A stretch of DNA of 55,925 nucleotides from an uncultured Synechococcaceae cyanobacterium (GCA_903934375.1 CAIZNP010000028.1:1-55925), one strand, 5' to 3'; positions 1-10,691 are shown, numbered from the stretch's first letter. The notes: generated by a model not told the origin, from the letters alone. Program-made: numbers and translations.

Positions 1-1206
1 ATCCTTCGACACCCGGTAGAGCGTCATCTTGATGGCGAGCACCGAGGCGTCGTCGGCGGCCTGGTTGATGAACTCCTCCACCGATGTGGAGAACAGATCG
101 AAGGGGTGGTGCAGCAGCACATCGCCGCGGCGCAGCACCGAGAAGATGCTCTCGAATTCCTCGGCCTTGATCGAGCCGTCCTCCAGCAGGCTCTTCTGGG
201 CCCGCGCCAGGGCCTTGGCCGTTCGGCCGCGGTGGGGTTTGTCCTTGAGCTTGGGCAGCGGCACCGCCATCAGGCTCATCAGATCGTCGAGGCCCAGCGG
301 GCCGTTGATCCGGTAGAGGTCTTCCGGCTCCACGCCGGTGCCCTCCAGCAGCAGATCCACCACCGCATCGGGCATCTCGTTGGCCACCTCCAGGCGCACC
401 ACCTCACCGCCCATGCGCCGCTTGCGCAGGCCCTGCTGCAGGGCCTCCATCAGATCGTCGGCCTCCAGGTCGCGCAGCTCCAGGTCCGCATCGCGGGTGA
501 CGCGGAAGAAGTAGTGACCCTCGATCTCCATGCCGGGGAACAGCAGTTCGAGGTTGAAGGCCACCACCTGCTCCAGCGGCACGGCGGTGTACACCGGCGC
601 CGGGTCGTGCTCGCTCAGCTCGGCCGGCAGCTCCACGAAGCGCGGCAGGTTCTTCTGCGGCACCTTCACCCGCGCGAACTGCTGCTGGCCCGTGTCGGGA
701 TCCCGGATCAGGGCGGCGATGTTGAGGCTGAGGTTGCTGATGAACGGGAACGGGTGGGCCGGATCCACCGCCAGGGGGGTGAGCACCGGGAAGATGGCGT
801 TCTGGAAGTAGTCGTTGATCCAGCGCTGCTGGTTGCGGTTCAGCCGGGCGTAGTCGACCAGGTGCACGCCGGCCTCGGCGAGCTGGTGCTTGAGGTAGAG
901 GCGGTAGTGGGCCTGCTGCTGATCGAGCAGGGGGTGCAGGGCGTCGCGCACGCGCGCCAGCTGCTGGCTGGGGGTGAGGCCGTCGTCGCTGAGGGTCTGA
1001 ACGCCGGCCTCGATCTGCGACTTCAGCGAAGCCACCCGCACCATGAAGAACTCATCGAGGTTGTTGCTGAAGATGGCGCTGAACTTCGCCTGCTCCAGCA
1101 GCGGGGTGTGCTCGCTCAGGGCCTGGCAGAGCACGCGCTGGTTGAAGGCAACCCAGCTCAGCTCACGGTTGATATAGAGCTCCGGAGCCAGTGCTGGATC
1201 GGCCAT
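1..1206 (-). CDS. ppk: Polyphosphate kinase 1 (3' end runs off the window)
   Basis: Not in the ORF track. Manual minus-strand translation from ATG at 1206: MADPALAPELYINRELSWVAFNQRVL...FSNNLDEFFMVRVA...VLLHHPFDLF...IKMTLYRVSKD, all PPK1 motifs; open to the window edge. Confidence 0.95.
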   Translation of the reverse strand, partial: MADPALAPELYINRELSWVAFNQRVLCQALSEHTPLLEQAKFSAIFSNNLDEFFMVRVASLKSQIEAGVQTLSDDGLTPSQQLARVRDALHPLLDQQQAHYRLYLKHQLAEAGVHLVDYARLNRNQQRWINDYFQNAIFPVLTPLAVDPAHPFPFISNLSLNIAALIRDPDTGQQQFARVKVPQKNLPRFVELPAELSEHDPAPVYTAVPLEQVVAFNLELLFPGMEIEGHYFFRVTRDADLELRDLEADDLMEALQQGLRKRRMGGEVVRLEVANEMPDAVVDLLLEGTGVEPEDLYRINGPLGLDDLMSLMAVPLPKLKDKPHRGRTAKALARAQKSLLEDGSIKAEEFESIFSVLRRGDVLLHHPFDLFSTSVEEFINQAADDASVLAIKMTLYRVSKD

Positions 1207-1336
1207 CGATACCCCATGCCTCGGTGGGAGAGTGATGCCGGCAATCCCTGACGCCGACGCCCCCTGATGGCGGCAAGGTAGCAATCAGGATGGTCGGCCC
1301 TGGGTGTCCCACAACGCCAGCGCTCCGTCCTCTGCC

Positions 1337-2596
1337 TCACGGTTGCTCCGCGCCCGCTGTGGTTGGCATCCGCGGCGGCAGCCCTCCGGCCACCAGGACG
1401 GCCACGCCCGCCAGCAGGACGATGCCCAGCCAGAAGGGGCTCTGGCGGCCGATCAGGTCGTAACTCAGTCCCGCCAGGGGCGGGCCGATGAAGCTCCCCA
1501 GGCTCTGCAGGCCCTGCAGGCTGCCAAGGGCTGCGCCCTGCCCGGAGTCGTCCAGCCGGCGGGACACCAACGCCCGCAGGCAGGGGGTCACCAGGCCGGT
1601 GCCGAAGGCCAGGATCGCCACGGCGCTGAACACCACGCTGCGGGCGTTGCCTGCATTGGCCACGGGGATCAGCAGGCAGCCGGCGATCACGAAGCCCAGG
1701 CCAGCCAGGGTGAGGCGCCATTCCCCGAAGCGCTTCACCAGCGGCCCGATCAGGCCGCCCTGCACCACCGTGGCCACCACGCCCACCACCAGGAAGGCGG
1801 TGGCCGCCAGGGCCGGCCCCCAGTTGAAAGCCTGCTTGAAATAGAGCACCAGCACGGCTGTGAAGCCGTTGAACGCCAGGAAGAACAGGAAGAACGCCGC
1901 ACACAGGCGGCGCACCTGTGGGTTGGTGAACACGCGGCGCAGGGCGCTGAAGGGGTTGAGGTCGCGCTTGCGCGGCAGGGCCCGCCGCGCCTCCGGCGGA
2001 TGGGTTTCCGGCAGCAGCGTGAGCACCAGCAGCAGATTCACCAGGGCGAAGCCGGCCGCGGCCCACACCGGCAGGGTCACGTTCACCCGTGCCAGCACCC
2101 CGCCGAAGAAGGGGCCGAGGATGAAGCCCAGGCCGAAGGCCACGCCGATCAGCCCGAATGCTTTGGCCCGGTTCTCCGGCGTGGAGATATCCGCCAGCAC
2201 GGCACCGGCGGTGGCGGCAGTGCCGCCGCTGACGCCGTCGATCAGTCGGGCGGCGAACAGCAGGGCCAGGGGCAGGGCGGTGCCGGCGGCCCAGGGGATC
2301 GCCTGCCAGTCGATGCTCACCGTGAGGGCGAACAGGCCCAGGCCGAGCACCGATCCCGCCACGCAGCCGCTGATCACCGGCTTGCGGCCGTAGCGGTCGC
2401 TCAGGGCACCGATCAGCGGTGTGAAGGCGAACTGGGCGACGGCATAGCTGCCGGCCAGCAGGCCCAGGGTGCGGCCATTGCTGGTGGTGCTGGCCAGCAG
2501 GAATGGCAGCAGCGGGAAGACGATGCTCTCCCCCAGGCGATCGTTCAGCAGGGTCACGAAGGCGCAGAGCCCGATCGGGGGGTGCGTCCGGCGCAT
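1337..2596 (-). CDS. MFS transporter, TetA/DHA1-like
   Basis: MRRTHPPIGLCAFVTLLNDRLGESIVFPLLP...; motif A GALSDRYGRKPV; motif C GLGFILGPFFGG; about 12 hydrophobic segments. Confidence 0.9.
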   Translation of the reverse strand: MRRTHPPIGLCAFVTLLNDRLGESIVFPLLPFLLASTTSNGRTLGLLAGSYAVAQFAFTPLIGALSDRYGRKPVISGCVAGSVLGLGLFALTVSIDWQAIPWAAGTALPLALLFAARLIDGVSGGTAATAGAVLADISTPENRAKAFGLIGVAFGLGFILGPFFGGVLARVNVTLPVWAAAGFALVNLLLVLTLLPETHPPEARRALPRKRDLNPFSALRRVFTNPQVRRLCAAFFLFFLAFNGFTAVLVLYFKQAFNWGPALAATAFLVVGVVATVVQGGLIGPLVKRFGEWRLTLAGLGFVIAGCLLIPVANAGNARSVVFSAVAILAFGTGLVTPCLRALVSRRLDDSGQGAALGSLQGLQSLGSFIGPPLAGLSYDLIGRQSPFWLGIVLLAGVAVLVAGGLPPRMPTTAGAEQP

Positions 2597-2713
2597 GTGG
2601 CAGGCCTGTGGATGCCTCACCTTCCCATGGGCCATGACCCATGGCCCACGACCGATGGCCCAAAGCCAGTTGCGCCAATTAAGGTGAGCGCTCTGCTGGC
2701 GCCTTGTCGGCGC

Positions 2714-3373
2714 ATGGATCCTCCCTCCGTGTCCGCCCTGGAAGCAGCAAGCACCCTGCCGCCGGAGTTGCAGAGCAGCCGGATCGTGGTGGTGTCCGAT
2801 TTCAACTGCCCTTACTGCTTCACCCTCAACGCCTGGTTGAACCAGCTCGGGATCGCCTCGCGAGTGTTCTGGGTGGGGGTGGAACACAAGCCCCATCTGC
2901 CGCTGGCGTTCTCCGAGAACAACCGGCCCGATGACGTGGCCACCCTCCACAAGGAGGTGAGTGATGTGAGGCAGAGGGCCCCAGAGGTAGGGGTGGAGCT
3001 TCCGCCGGTGTGGGTCAACTCCCATCAGGCCCTGCTATTGCAGGCGGCCGTGGAGGCTGATCACCCGGAGCTGGCGGCGCCGATGCGCACCGCCATCTTC
3101 GAGCGATTCTGGCGCGAGCGCCGCAACATCGCCGAGCTGGGCGAACTGAACGACTGCGAGCGGCAGGCGGGTGTGGAGCCCGATGACGATCGCTTCCTGG
3201 ATGCCGAAGAGTTGGAGCGCATCACCGGTTGGTGGCGCGAGGAGCTCGATCGCATTCCCTGCATGCTTGCTCCCTCTGGTGCACGCCACCTTGGGCTGCA
3301 GGACAAGGCTGCGGTGGAGGCGTTCGTGCTGGGGGCCCTGCACGATCCGCCACCGGGCCCCGCCTGCCGATGA
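2714..3373 (+). CDS. DsbA/FrnE-like thioredoxin-fold protein
   Basis: C-terminal part of ORF 1304..3373 from ATG 2714. VVVSDFNCPYC (CxxC), NSHQALLLQAA, RIPC cis-Pro-like loop; no signal peptide seen. Confidence 0.8.
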   Translation: MDPPSVSALEAASTLPPELQSSRIVVVSDFNCPYCFTLNAWLNQLGIASRVFWVGVEHKPHLPLAFSENNRPDDVATLHKEVSDVRQRAPEVGVELPPVWVNSHQALLLQAAVEADHPELAAPMRTAIFERFWRERRNIAELGELNDCERQAGVEPDDDRFLDAEELERITGWWREELDRIPCMLAPSGARHLGLQDKAAVEAFVLGALHDPPPGPACR

Positions 3374-5622
3374 GGGCGCCAGGGTCTGACGACAGCCGGC
3401 GCCTGGATCGCGAGCTTCGGCGCCTTCGCCACGAGTTGCAGGAGGCGGTGCGGGCCCTGCCGCACCTGCGCCAGATGGTGCAGTTCAGCGGCGATCTGCT
3501 GATCCTCGTGGAGGCCTCGGGCCGCATCCTCGAGGCCAACGGGCGCTTCGCGGAGCTGCTGGGGGTGCCCCAGGAGGAGCTGTATGGCCAGCCGCTGCAG
3601 CGTTGGCTATCCAACCCCGGCCAGCGGCAGGTGCTGGAGGGCCGCCTGGCGGCCGGTGCCGGCGCTCCATTGCTGCGGATGGAGCTGAATCTGCAGCCGG
3701 CCGAGGGGGAGCCGCTGGCCATGGAGTTGGAGGGGCGCCAGCTGCAACTGGAGGCCGCCGCCGAGGCTGCGCCACAGCGCTGGACGCTGTCGCTGCGGGA
3801 CCTCAGCGAACGGCGGCGCCTGGAGAGCAGTGAGGCGGCCCGGCAGGTGCAGGACTCGCTGATCGCCTCCCTGCGCGGCAGTGAGGCCCGCTACCGCAAC
3901 CTGGTGGCCCAGCTGGCCGACGGGCTCGGCCAGATCGATGCCGCCACCACCCTGCTGTTCGCCAATCCAGCGCTGCACCGGATCCTGGCGGTGCCGGAGG
4001 GGGAGCTGGTGGGTTGCCGTCTGCTGGAGTTCCTGCCGCCATCCTCCGCCCTGAGCTTCGAGCAGACCTGGGGGGCCGTCCTCGAGGGTCTGCAACGGCA
4101 GTGCACCCTCACCATGCAAGCGGCGGATGGGACGCTGCGTCAGGTGGAGCTCAACCTCCATCCCCGACCTGCAGGGACCGGGGAACCGCCGGACGGCCCC
4201 TTGGTGAGCGTGCTGCTGCGGGATGTCACCGCCCTGAGCCGGGCCCTGAACGAGCTCACGGAGCTGGCGTTCCACGACCCGCTGACCGGCCTGGCCAATG
4301 CCGAGGCCAGCCGCCGTGATCTGGAGGCACGACTGGCTGCCGACTCCGTCCCGCCGGTGCTGGTGCTCTGGCTGGATCTCGATGGGTTCCGCCGAGTGAA
4401 TCACACCTTCGGCCGCGCGGCAGGGGATGCCCTGCTGCAGGGGATAGCCGACCGGCTACGCCGCTGGGGCGGTCCCAGCGATCTGCGGGCTCGCCTGTGC
4501 GGTGATGAGTTCCTGCTGGTGCGTGAGCTGGCGGGTCCGGTGGAGGATCCGGATGCCCTGCAAGCCCAGGCGGATGCAGTGCTGCAGGAGCTACGCAGCG
4601 TTCTGCGGCAGATGGAACATGGCCCGGAGGCGCCGCCTGTGGCGATCGGCTTCAGTGCCGGCTACAGCCTGGCGCCGCTGCATGGCATGCAGGCTGAGGC
4701 TCTGCTCCAGGCGGCCGCCACGGCCCTCAGCCGAGCGCGCGACCAGTCGCCCGGAACGGCGCTGGCCTACCAGCCACGTTTCACCACCCGCTTGCAACGG
4801 GAGATGGCCCTGGAGTCGCGGCTGGTGCAGGCCTTCGACAACGGCAGCCTGCGGCTGGTTTACCAGTCTCAGACCGACGGTCAGGGACGTCTGCTGGGGG
4901 CGGAGGCCTTGCTGCGCTGGGACGATCCCCTGCACGGTGGGATGTCGCCGGCGCGGTTCGTGCCGTTGGCGGAGCGCACCGGCCTGATCCATCCCCTTGG
5001 CCAGTGGGTGCTGGAGGAGGCCTGCCGTCAGCTGCGGGCCTGGCTCGATGCCGGGCTGCGACCGCCGCGGCTGGCGGTGAATCTCTCGGCGCGTCAGTTC
5101 GAGCTCACCGTGCCGTCACTGCCGGAGCAGGTGTCAGCCCTGCTGGCCCGCTACGCCCTGCCGCCCGAGCAGCTGGAGCTGGAGATCACCGAATCCTGCA
5201 TCGTGCCGATGGCGGGGGTGACGGTGCAGGTGCAGGAGCTGGCCGAGCTGGGCGTGCAGGTGGCCCTGGATGATTTCGGCACCGGCTACTCCTCGCTGGC
5301 GGTGCTCAATCGGTTGGCGATTCAGAAGCTGAAGATCGATCGCAGCTTCATCGAACATCTCGAGACCAGCGAATCGGCCCGCACGCTCGTGCGCACCGCC
5401 CTGGCCATGGGCCGCGGCCTGGGCCTGGAGACGCTGGCGGAAGGGGTGGAGACCGCGGCGCAGCTGGAGGTGCTGGAGGCCCTCGGCTGCGATGCCTACC
5501 AGGGCTACTGGTTCAGCCGGCCGCTGGAGGCTGAGGACTTCGCGGCCCTGCTGTGCCGGCGCACTCCCTTGCCCCACGAGGATGGCCCCAGCGCCGCAGG
5601 CCCCGCACCCCATGCTCCCTGA
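3370..5622 (+). CDS. PAS-PAS-GGDEF-EAL c-di-GMP enzyme (probable phosphodiesterase)
   Basis: ATG 3370 overlaps the upstream stop (ATGA). Two PAS-like segments ([21 protein letters not shown]); [25 protein letters not shown]; EAL domain with [35 protein letters not shown]. Confidence 0.92.
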   Translation: MRAPGSDDSRRLDRELRRLRHELQEAVRALPHLRQMVQFSGDLLILVEASGRILEANGRFAELLGVPQEELYGQPLQRWLSNPGQRQVLEGRLAAGAGAPLLRMELNLQPAEGEPLAMELEGRQLQLEAAAEAAPQRWTLSLRDLSERRRLESSEAARQVQDSLIASLRGSEARYRNLVAQLADGLGQIDAATTLLFANPALHRILAVPEGELVGCRLLEFLPPSSALSFEQTWGAVLEGLQRQCTLTMQAADGTLRQVELNLHPRPAGTGEPPDGPLVSVLLRDVTALSRALNELTELAFHDPLTGLANAEASRRDLEARLAADSVPPVLVLWLDLDGFRRVNHTFGRAAGDALLQGIADRLRRWGGPSDLRARLCGDEFLLVRELAGPVEDPDALQAQADAVLQELRSVLRQMEHGPEAPPVAIGFSAGYSLAPLHGMQAEALLQAAATALSRARDQSPGTALAYQPRFTTRLQREMALESRLVQAFDNGSLRLVYQSQTDGQGRLLGAEALLRWDDPLHGGMSPARFVPLAERTGLIHPLGQWVLEEACRQLRAWLDAGLRPPRLAVNLSARQFELTVPSLPEQVSALLARYALPPEQLELEITESCIVPMAGVTVQVQELAELGVQVALDDFGTGYSSLAVLNRLAIQKLKIDRSFIEHLETSESARTLVRTALAMGRGLGLETLAEGVETAAQLEVLEALGCDAYQGYWFSRPLEAEDFAALLCRRTPLPHEDGPSAAGPAPHAP

Positions 5623-6124
5623 GTCATCTCCAGCTGGCCTCACGCACCTCAACGCCGCCGGTGAGGTGCACATGGTGGAGGTGGGCGATCGCCCGCCGAC
5701 CCGCCGTGAGGCCACCGCCGAAGGGGAGATCCGGATGCGGCCGGAGGTGCTGGCCCTGGTGCTGGAGGGCCGCGCCCCCAAGGGGGATGTGCTGGCGGTG
5801 GCCCGGGTGGCGGCGATCCAGGCTGCCAAGCGCACGTGGGAGCTGATTCCCCTCTGCCATCCGATCGCCCTCAGCGGCGTGGAGGTCGCGATCGGCCCCA
5901 GCACCGCCGGCAGCGGCCTGCGCCTGGAGGCCAGCGCCCGCACCACCGGTGGCACCGGGGTGGAGATGGAGGCCCTCACCGCCGTGCAGGTGGGGCTGCT
6001 CACCCTTTACGACATGCTCAAATCCGCCGATCCGGCGATGACCATTCAGGGCGTGCGCCTGCTCCGTAAGAGTGGCGGCCGCCATGGTGACTGGCAACGC
6101 GATGACGGATCCCTACGGCCGTGA
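5612..6124 (+). CDS. moaC: Cyclic pyranopterin monophosphate synthase MoaC
   Basis: [49 protein letters not shown]. Confidence 0.96.
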   Translation: MLPESSPAGLTHLNAAGEVHMVEVGDRPPTRREATAEGEIRMRPEVLALVLEGRAPKGDVLAVARVAAIQAAKRTWELIPLCHPIALSGVEVAIGPSTAGSGLRLEASARTTGGTGVEMEALTAVQVGLLTLYDMLKSADPAMTIQGVRLLRKSGGRHGDWQRDDGSLRP

Positions 6125-7337
6125 AGGCCTGCCTCTCGATCGAGCCCGGCAGCTGATCCTCGAGGCGCTGCAGCCCCTGGCCCTGGAGGAGACGCTGCCG
6201 CTGGCCCAGGCCCTCGGCCGCACCACGGCGGCGCCGGTTTGCGCGGCGGCGGCGGTGCCGGGGTTCCGCGCCTCGATCATGGATGGCTACGCCATTGCCG
6301 CTGCGGCCCCACCGGAGCCGGGTGCCCGCTGGCGATTGGTGGGGGTGTCCGCCGCCGGTGCTCCCTACGGATCGGTGCTCGCCGCCGGTGAAGCGGTGCG
6401 GATCCTCACCGGAGCCGTGGTGCCGGAGGGCGGTACGCGCGTGTTGCCCCAGGAGCTGGTGGCGGTGGAGGGTGAGCAGCTGGCGCTGCTGCAGCCCTGC
6501 GGACCCAACCCCTGGATCCGTGGCCCCGAGGAGGAGGCGGCCCCCGGCCAGGAGCTGGTGGCGGCGGGGCGGCGGCTCGGCGTGGCGGACCTGGGACGAT
6601 TGGCCAGCTGCGGGGTGGCGGAGCTGCGGCTGAGCCGCCGGCCGCGGATTGGCCTGCTGATCAGCGGTGATGAACTGCTGCCGCCGGGGGAGACGCGTGC
6701 GCCCGGCCAGATCTGGGAGAGCAATGCGGCGCTGCTGGCGGCGCTGCTGGCGCGCCTGGGGTATGCCGTCGCCGATCTGCGGGTGGTCGTCGACCAACCG
6801 GAGCCGTTGCGCCGCGCCCTGCTCGAGCTGGCGGCTGGCTGCGATGTGGTGGTAAGCACCGGCGGCATCTCCGCCGGCGACAGCGACTGGATTCGCCCCC
6901 TGGTGGCGGAGCTGGGGGAGGTGCGCTTCTGGAAGCTGTTCCTCAAGCCCGGCCGTCCCTTCGCCTGGGGCGAGGTGGCGGGGGTGCCGTTCTTCGGTCT
7001 GCCGGGGAATCCGGTGGCGGCGGCGATCACGGCGTTGCAGCTGCTCTGGCCGGCCCTGCAGCGGTTGGAGGGGGCCGAGCCGCAGCTGCTCCCGCGCTTG
7101 AAGGTGCAGCTGGAGGCCCCCCTGCGCCGGGGTGCCGGCCGGCCGGAACTGGCCCGGGCCCGGCTGGTGGTGGCGGCCGACGGCGCCCTGCTGGCGCGGG
7201 TGGAGGGAACCCAGGCCTCCTCGCGGATCGGCTCGCTGCAAGGGGCCGATCTGCTGCTGGAGATTCCGGCGGAGCTGGGGGCTCTGGAGGCGGGCACCGA
7301 GCTGTGGGCCCAGCTGCTGCGGCTGCCGCTTCTCTGA
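6102..7337 (+). CDS. moeA: Molybdopterin molybdotransferase MoeA
   Basis: [46 protein letters not shown]. Confidence 0.95.
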   Translation: MTDPYGREGLPLDRARQLILEALQPLALEETLPLAQALGRTTAAPVCAAAAVPGFRASIMDGYAIAAAAPPEPGARWRLVGVSAAGAPYGSVLAAGEAVRILTGAVVPEGGTRVLPQELVAVEGEQLALLQPCGPNPWIRGPEEEAAPGQELVAAGRRLGVADLGRLASCGVAELRLSRRPRIGLLISGDELLPPGETRAPGQIWESNAALLAALLARLGYAVADLRVVVDQPEPLRRALLELAAGCDVVVSTGGISAGDSDWIRPLVAELGEVRFWKLFLKPGRPFAWGEVAGVPFFGLPGNPVAAAITALQLLWPALQRLEGAEPQLLPRLKVQLEAPLRRGAGRPELARARLVVAADGALLARVEGTQASSRIGSLQGADLLLEIPAELGALEAGTELWAQLLRLPLL

Positions 7338-7339
7338 GT

Positions 7340-7801
7340 TCAGAGCGGCGTGTTGCCGCTCAGCCACTGGCTGCTGCCGTCGGCTCGCCACTCCCGCTTC
7401 CAGAAGGGTGCCTCGTGCTTGAGGGCCTCCAGCAGCTCCTGGCTGCAGCGCTGGGCGGGGCCGCGGCGATCGGCGCCGATGGCCACCAGCACGATCGCCT
7501 CCCCCGGCAGCACTCGGCCGATGCGGTGCAGCACCAGCGCCGAGCGCACGCCATGACGCCGGCAGCAGTCAGCGGTCAGCTGCTGCAGCTGCCGCTCGGT
7601 CATGCCGGGGTAGTGCTCCAGCTCCAGAGCCGCCAGGGGGGCCCCATCGCCGGCGTGGCCGCGCACCCGCCCGATGAACAGGCTTTCGGCGGCGCTGATG
7701 GTTCCGGCGGCCGCCAGCTGCCGCTGCCAGCGGGCGAGCTGCTCAAGCGGCTCCACGGCCTCCGCGTGCAGGGCGATCTGCAGCAGGGGATCGTCCGCCA
7801 T
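7340..7801 (-). CDS. moaE: Molybdopterin synthase catalytic subunit MoaE
   Basis: FIGRVR, LELEHYPGM, HRIG, LKHEAPFWKRE. Confidence 0.95.
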   Translation of the reverse strand: MADDPLLQIALHAEAVEPLEQLARWQRQLAAAGTISAAESLFIGRVRGHAGDGAPLAALELEHYPGMTERQLQQLTADCCRRHGVRSALVLHRIGRVLPGEAIVLVAIGADRRGPAQRCSQELLEALKHEAPFWKREWRADGSSQWLSGNTPL

Positions 7802-8079
7802 CAGCCGCCGCTGATCGGGGGCAGGAAGGCCAGCTCATCGCCGCTCTGCAGCACGGCATCTGCGCTGGCGAACTGCTGGTTGATCGCCACCCGCACATCC
7901 CCCAGCTCCCCTGGCAGCTGCAGCTCGCTCCAGAGCCGGCGCGGGGTGATGGGCTGCTTCAGCGGCTGTGTCAACGCCCGGGGGCCATCCGCCGGGAACC
8001 ACGGCCGCTCGCTCCAGCCGGCCTGCTCCCGCAGAGAGGCGAACAGGCGGACGTGGATTGGAGCGTTGTCGGCAGCCAT
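7801..8079 (-). CDS. moaD: Molybdopterin synthase sulfur carrier MoaD
   Basis: VRLFASLREQAG...VAINQQF...GDELAFLPPISGG with C-terminal GG; stop overlaps the moaE start. Confidence 0.93.
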   Translation of the reverse strand: MAADNAPIHVRLFASLREQAGWSERPWFPADGPRALTQPLKQPITPRRLWSELQLPGELGDVRVAINQQFASADAVLQSGDELAFLPPISGG

Positions 8080-8150
8080 GGGTACAACGCTAACCATCGC
8101 GTCCGATCCCCCCTTGCGAGCATGGGCACCACCCACCGCACCTGATTCCG

Positions 8151-8657
8151 TTGGCGCTCGCCATCGCCTTGCTCACGGTGTCTGACAGCCGCACCCTGGC
8201 GGACGACTGCTCTGGCGATGCCCTGCAGCAGCGCCTGGAGGCCGCCGGCCATCGGCTGGCCGAGCGTCGGCTTGTGCCCGACAACCGCTATCAGATCCGC
8301 GCCGAGTTCAGCCGCTGGATCGCCGATGCGCGCGTGCAGGTGGTGATCAGCAGCGGTGGCACCGGCCTCACCGGCCGGGATGGCACACCGGAGGCGGTGG
8401 CCCCGTTGCTGGACAAGACGATCGAGGGCTTCGGCGAACTGTTCCGGGTGCTCTCCTTCGAGACGATCGGCACCAGCACGCTCCAGAGCCGCTGCCTGGC
8501 GGGGGTGGCCAACGGCACGGTGATCTTTGTGCTGCCGGGTTCGCTGGATGCGGTGCAAACGGCCTGGGACCGGCTGATCGCCGCCCAGCTCGATGCGAGC
8601 ACGCGCCCTTGCAACCTGGTGCAGCTGCTGCCAAGGCTCACGGAGCCGGCGGGATGA
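8151..8657 (+). CDS. moaB: Molybdenum cofactor biosynthesis protein B (MoaB/MogA family)
   Basis: LTVSDSR, SGGTGLTGRDGTPEA, IEGFGELFR, LPGS, RPCN; TTG start. Confidence 0.93.
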   Translation: MALAIALLTVSDSRTLADDCSGDALQQRLEAAGHRLAERRLVPDNRYQIRAEFSRWIADARVQVVISSGGTGLTGRDGTPEAVAPLLDKTIEGFGELFRVLSFETIGTSTLQSRCLAGVANGTVIFVLPGSLDAVQTAWDRLIAAQLDASTRPCNLVQLLPRLTEPAG

Positions 8658-9208
8658 GCGGGGGCCGCCGATCGCGCACCCCCGCGCGCAGCGTTGTGTT
8701 GTTGTTGCGGCGCGAACGCCGCCGTGGCCGGCGCTACCAGCCCCGCTTCCGTCTGAGCCAGATCGCCGTGACCTCGCTCGGCGCCCTGAGCGCCGTGGCG
8801 CTGATGGCGCTGCTCTCGCTCTGGAGCGGCCAGCCCTTGATCGTGGCGCCGCTAGGGGCTTCCTGTGTGCTGCTGTTTGGCTACCCCCGCAGCCCGCTCG
8901 CCCAGCCGCGCAATCTGGTGCTGGGCAACCTGCTGGGTGGTGCCATCGGCGTGGCCCTGGTGACGTTCCTCGGCCAGGGGCCGCTGGTGCTGGGCCTGGC
9001 GGTGGCGATCACGATCCTGCTGGGGCAGCAGCTGCGCTGTCTGCATCCCCCTGCCGGTGGCATGGCGTTTCTGGCGGCGTGGCTGGGCATGGCGTGGCCG
9101 TTCCTGCTGTTTCCCGTTCTTTGTGGCTCGCTGCTGCTGGTGGCCCTCGCCTGGGCCTTCAGCCGCTGGGTGCCCGGGGCCATGCCCTACCCCCTGCACT
9201 GGTTGTGA
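8654..9208 (+). CDS. HPP family membrane protein (NitM-like putative nitrite transporter)
   Basis: APLGASCVLLFGYPRSPLAQPRN and LHPPAGG signature; ATGA overlap with moaB. Confidence 0.88.
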   Translation: MSGGRRSRTPARSVVLLLRRERRRGRRYQPRFRLSQIAVTSLGALSAVALMALLSLWSGQPLIVAPLGASCVLLFGYPRSPLAQPRNLVLGNLLGGAIGVALVTFLGQGPLVLGLAVAITILLGQQLRCLHPPAGGMAFLAAWLGMAWPFLLFPVLCGSLLLVALAWAFSRWVPGAMPYPLHWL

Positions 9209-9581
9209 TGGCCCCGCTGCTCACCCATCTCCTCTCGCTGCCCACCGGCCGCGGCATCACCTGCCAAGACATCACCGCCCCGCTGCAGGCCCTGGTGGTG
9301 AACGAGGCGGAGGAGCGCCTGCTCGACGACATCGCGGCCTTCTTCGCCCAGCTGGTGCCGGCCGATCGCCCCTACCTCCACAACGACCTGCACCTGCGGC
9401 CCGGCATTCCCGCCGATGAGCCCCGCAACGCCCACAGCCACCTGATCGCCCTGATGCTGGGCAATCACCTCAGCCTGCCGGTGCACCGGGGCGGCTCGGC
9501 CTGGGGCGCTACCAGGCGGTGCTGCTGGTGGAGCTCGATGGCCCCCGCACCCGTGAGGTGCTGGTGCAGCTGCATGGCTGA
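9208..9581 (+). pseudogene. yjbQ: YjbQ/UPF0047 family gene, disrupted (internal deletion plus frameshift)
   Basis: MAPLLTHLLSLPTGRGITCQDIT...NEAEERLLDDI...YLHNDL...NAHSHL. The HTT-containing segment is missing. The C-terminal [28 protein letters not shown] is in another frame after the G-run near 9488-9491. Confidence 0.8.
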
Positions 9582-9599
9582 GGCGCGTTCAAACCCGGG

Positions 9600-10691
9600 T
9601 CATCCCCCCAGATAGGCCATCTCCGCGTGGGGGTTGAACTGGGATTGGGCCAGGGTGGCTCCGCCGCGGATGGCCTGCCGCTGCTCGCTGTAGCGGGCGT
9701 CTCGGCGTTGCCAGAGGCTGGCAAGGGCCTGCGTCAAGGCCTGGGGGTCGCGGCCGGGCTCCAGCCACGGCCTCAGATCCAGGCCGCTGCTCGGTTCGGC
9801 GAACAGGCAGGTGTAGGCGATGCCGTCGGCGGTGACGCGCAGGCGGTTGCAGTCGCCGCAGAAGGGGGCGCTCACCGAGGCCACCACCGCCAGGTGGCCG
9901 CCACCCTCGCGGTAGCGCCAGCGGCTGGCGGTGCCATGGGGATCGCGCCCCAGCGGCTCCAGGGGCCAGCAGGCGCTGATGCGCTGCACCATCTCGGCGG
10001 CGCTCAGCACCTGGGTGGGGCTCCAGCCGTTGCGGTTGCCCACATCCATGTATTCGATCAGCCGCAGCTCAAGGCCCCGCTCGCGGGCCAGGGCCGCCAG
10101 CGGCAGCAGCTGGTCGTCGTTGCGGCTGCGCTGGATCACGGCGTTGAGCTTCAGGGCTCCGGCGGCGGGGTCGAATCCGGCGCCGCGGGCGTGCTCGATC
10201 GCCGCCAGCACCGCCGCCAGGGCACGGGCGCCGGCGCGGGCATCGCCAAGCCCCGCCATGCGGGCCACGCTGCCGCCGTCGGCGCCATCGAGGCTGAGGG
10301 TGATCCGATCGAGGCCGGCGTGGCGCAGGGCCCGGGCGCGGGCGGCCGTGAGCAGGGTGCCGTTGCTGGTGAGGGCGATCTCGGCGAGACCGGTGCCGCA
10401 GTCATCCGGATCCGGATCGGCACCGCTGTCTCGCAGGGGCTGCACGGCCTCGATCAGCGCCTCCAGTCCGCCATGCAGCAGCGGTTCACCACCGGTGAGG
10501 CGCAGGCTGCGGGCCCCGAGAGCAACGGCGGACCTGATCACCGCCAGGCGTTGCTCCAGCGTCAGCAGCCCGGGCGGCTCCTGCCCATCGGGCAGGCAGT
10601 AGGGGCAGGCCAGGTTGCAGCGGGCCGTGAGCGACAGCCGCAGCACACCCAGGGGGCGGCCGAGCGAATCCAGGGGCTGCGGCGAGGCCAT
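9600..10691 (-). CDS. moaA: GTP 3',8-cyclase MoaA
   Basis: LRLSLTARCNLACPYC (radical SAM), RLTGGEPLL, IEYMDVG, PFCGDCNRLRVTADG, C-terminal MAYLGG. Confidence 0.96.
   Translation of the reverse strand: MASPQPLDSLGRPLGVLRLSLTARCNLACPYCLPDGQEPPGLLTLEQRLAVIRSAVALGARSLRLTGGEPLLHGGLEALIEAVQPLRDSGADPDPDDCGTGLAEIALTSNGTLLTAARARALRHAGLDRITLSLDGADGGSVARMAGLGDARAGARALAAVLAAIEHARGAGFDPAAGALKLNAVIQRSRNDDQLLPLAALARERGLELRLIEYMDVGNRNGWSPTQVLSAAEMVQRISACWPLEPLGRDPHGTASRWRYREGGGHLAVVASVSAPFCGDCNRLRVTADGIAYTCLFAEPSSGLDLRPWLEPGRDPQALTQALASLWQRRDARYSEQRQAIRGGATLAQSQFNPHAEMAYLGG

Noticed and set aside
106-1251. 381-aa plus-strand ORF, and many similar long alternative-frame ORFs (e.g. 10702..12741, 14102..16300, 23842..26388, 51413..52954)
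   Set aside because: Shadow ORFs antisense to, or frame-shifted over, clearly recognisable genes; expected at this GC content; no motifs.
1278-1291. GTAGCAATCAGGAT upstream of ppk, resembling the NtcA-like boxes
   Set aside because: Only one half-site is present; the second is GAT and there is no supporting -10 arrangement.
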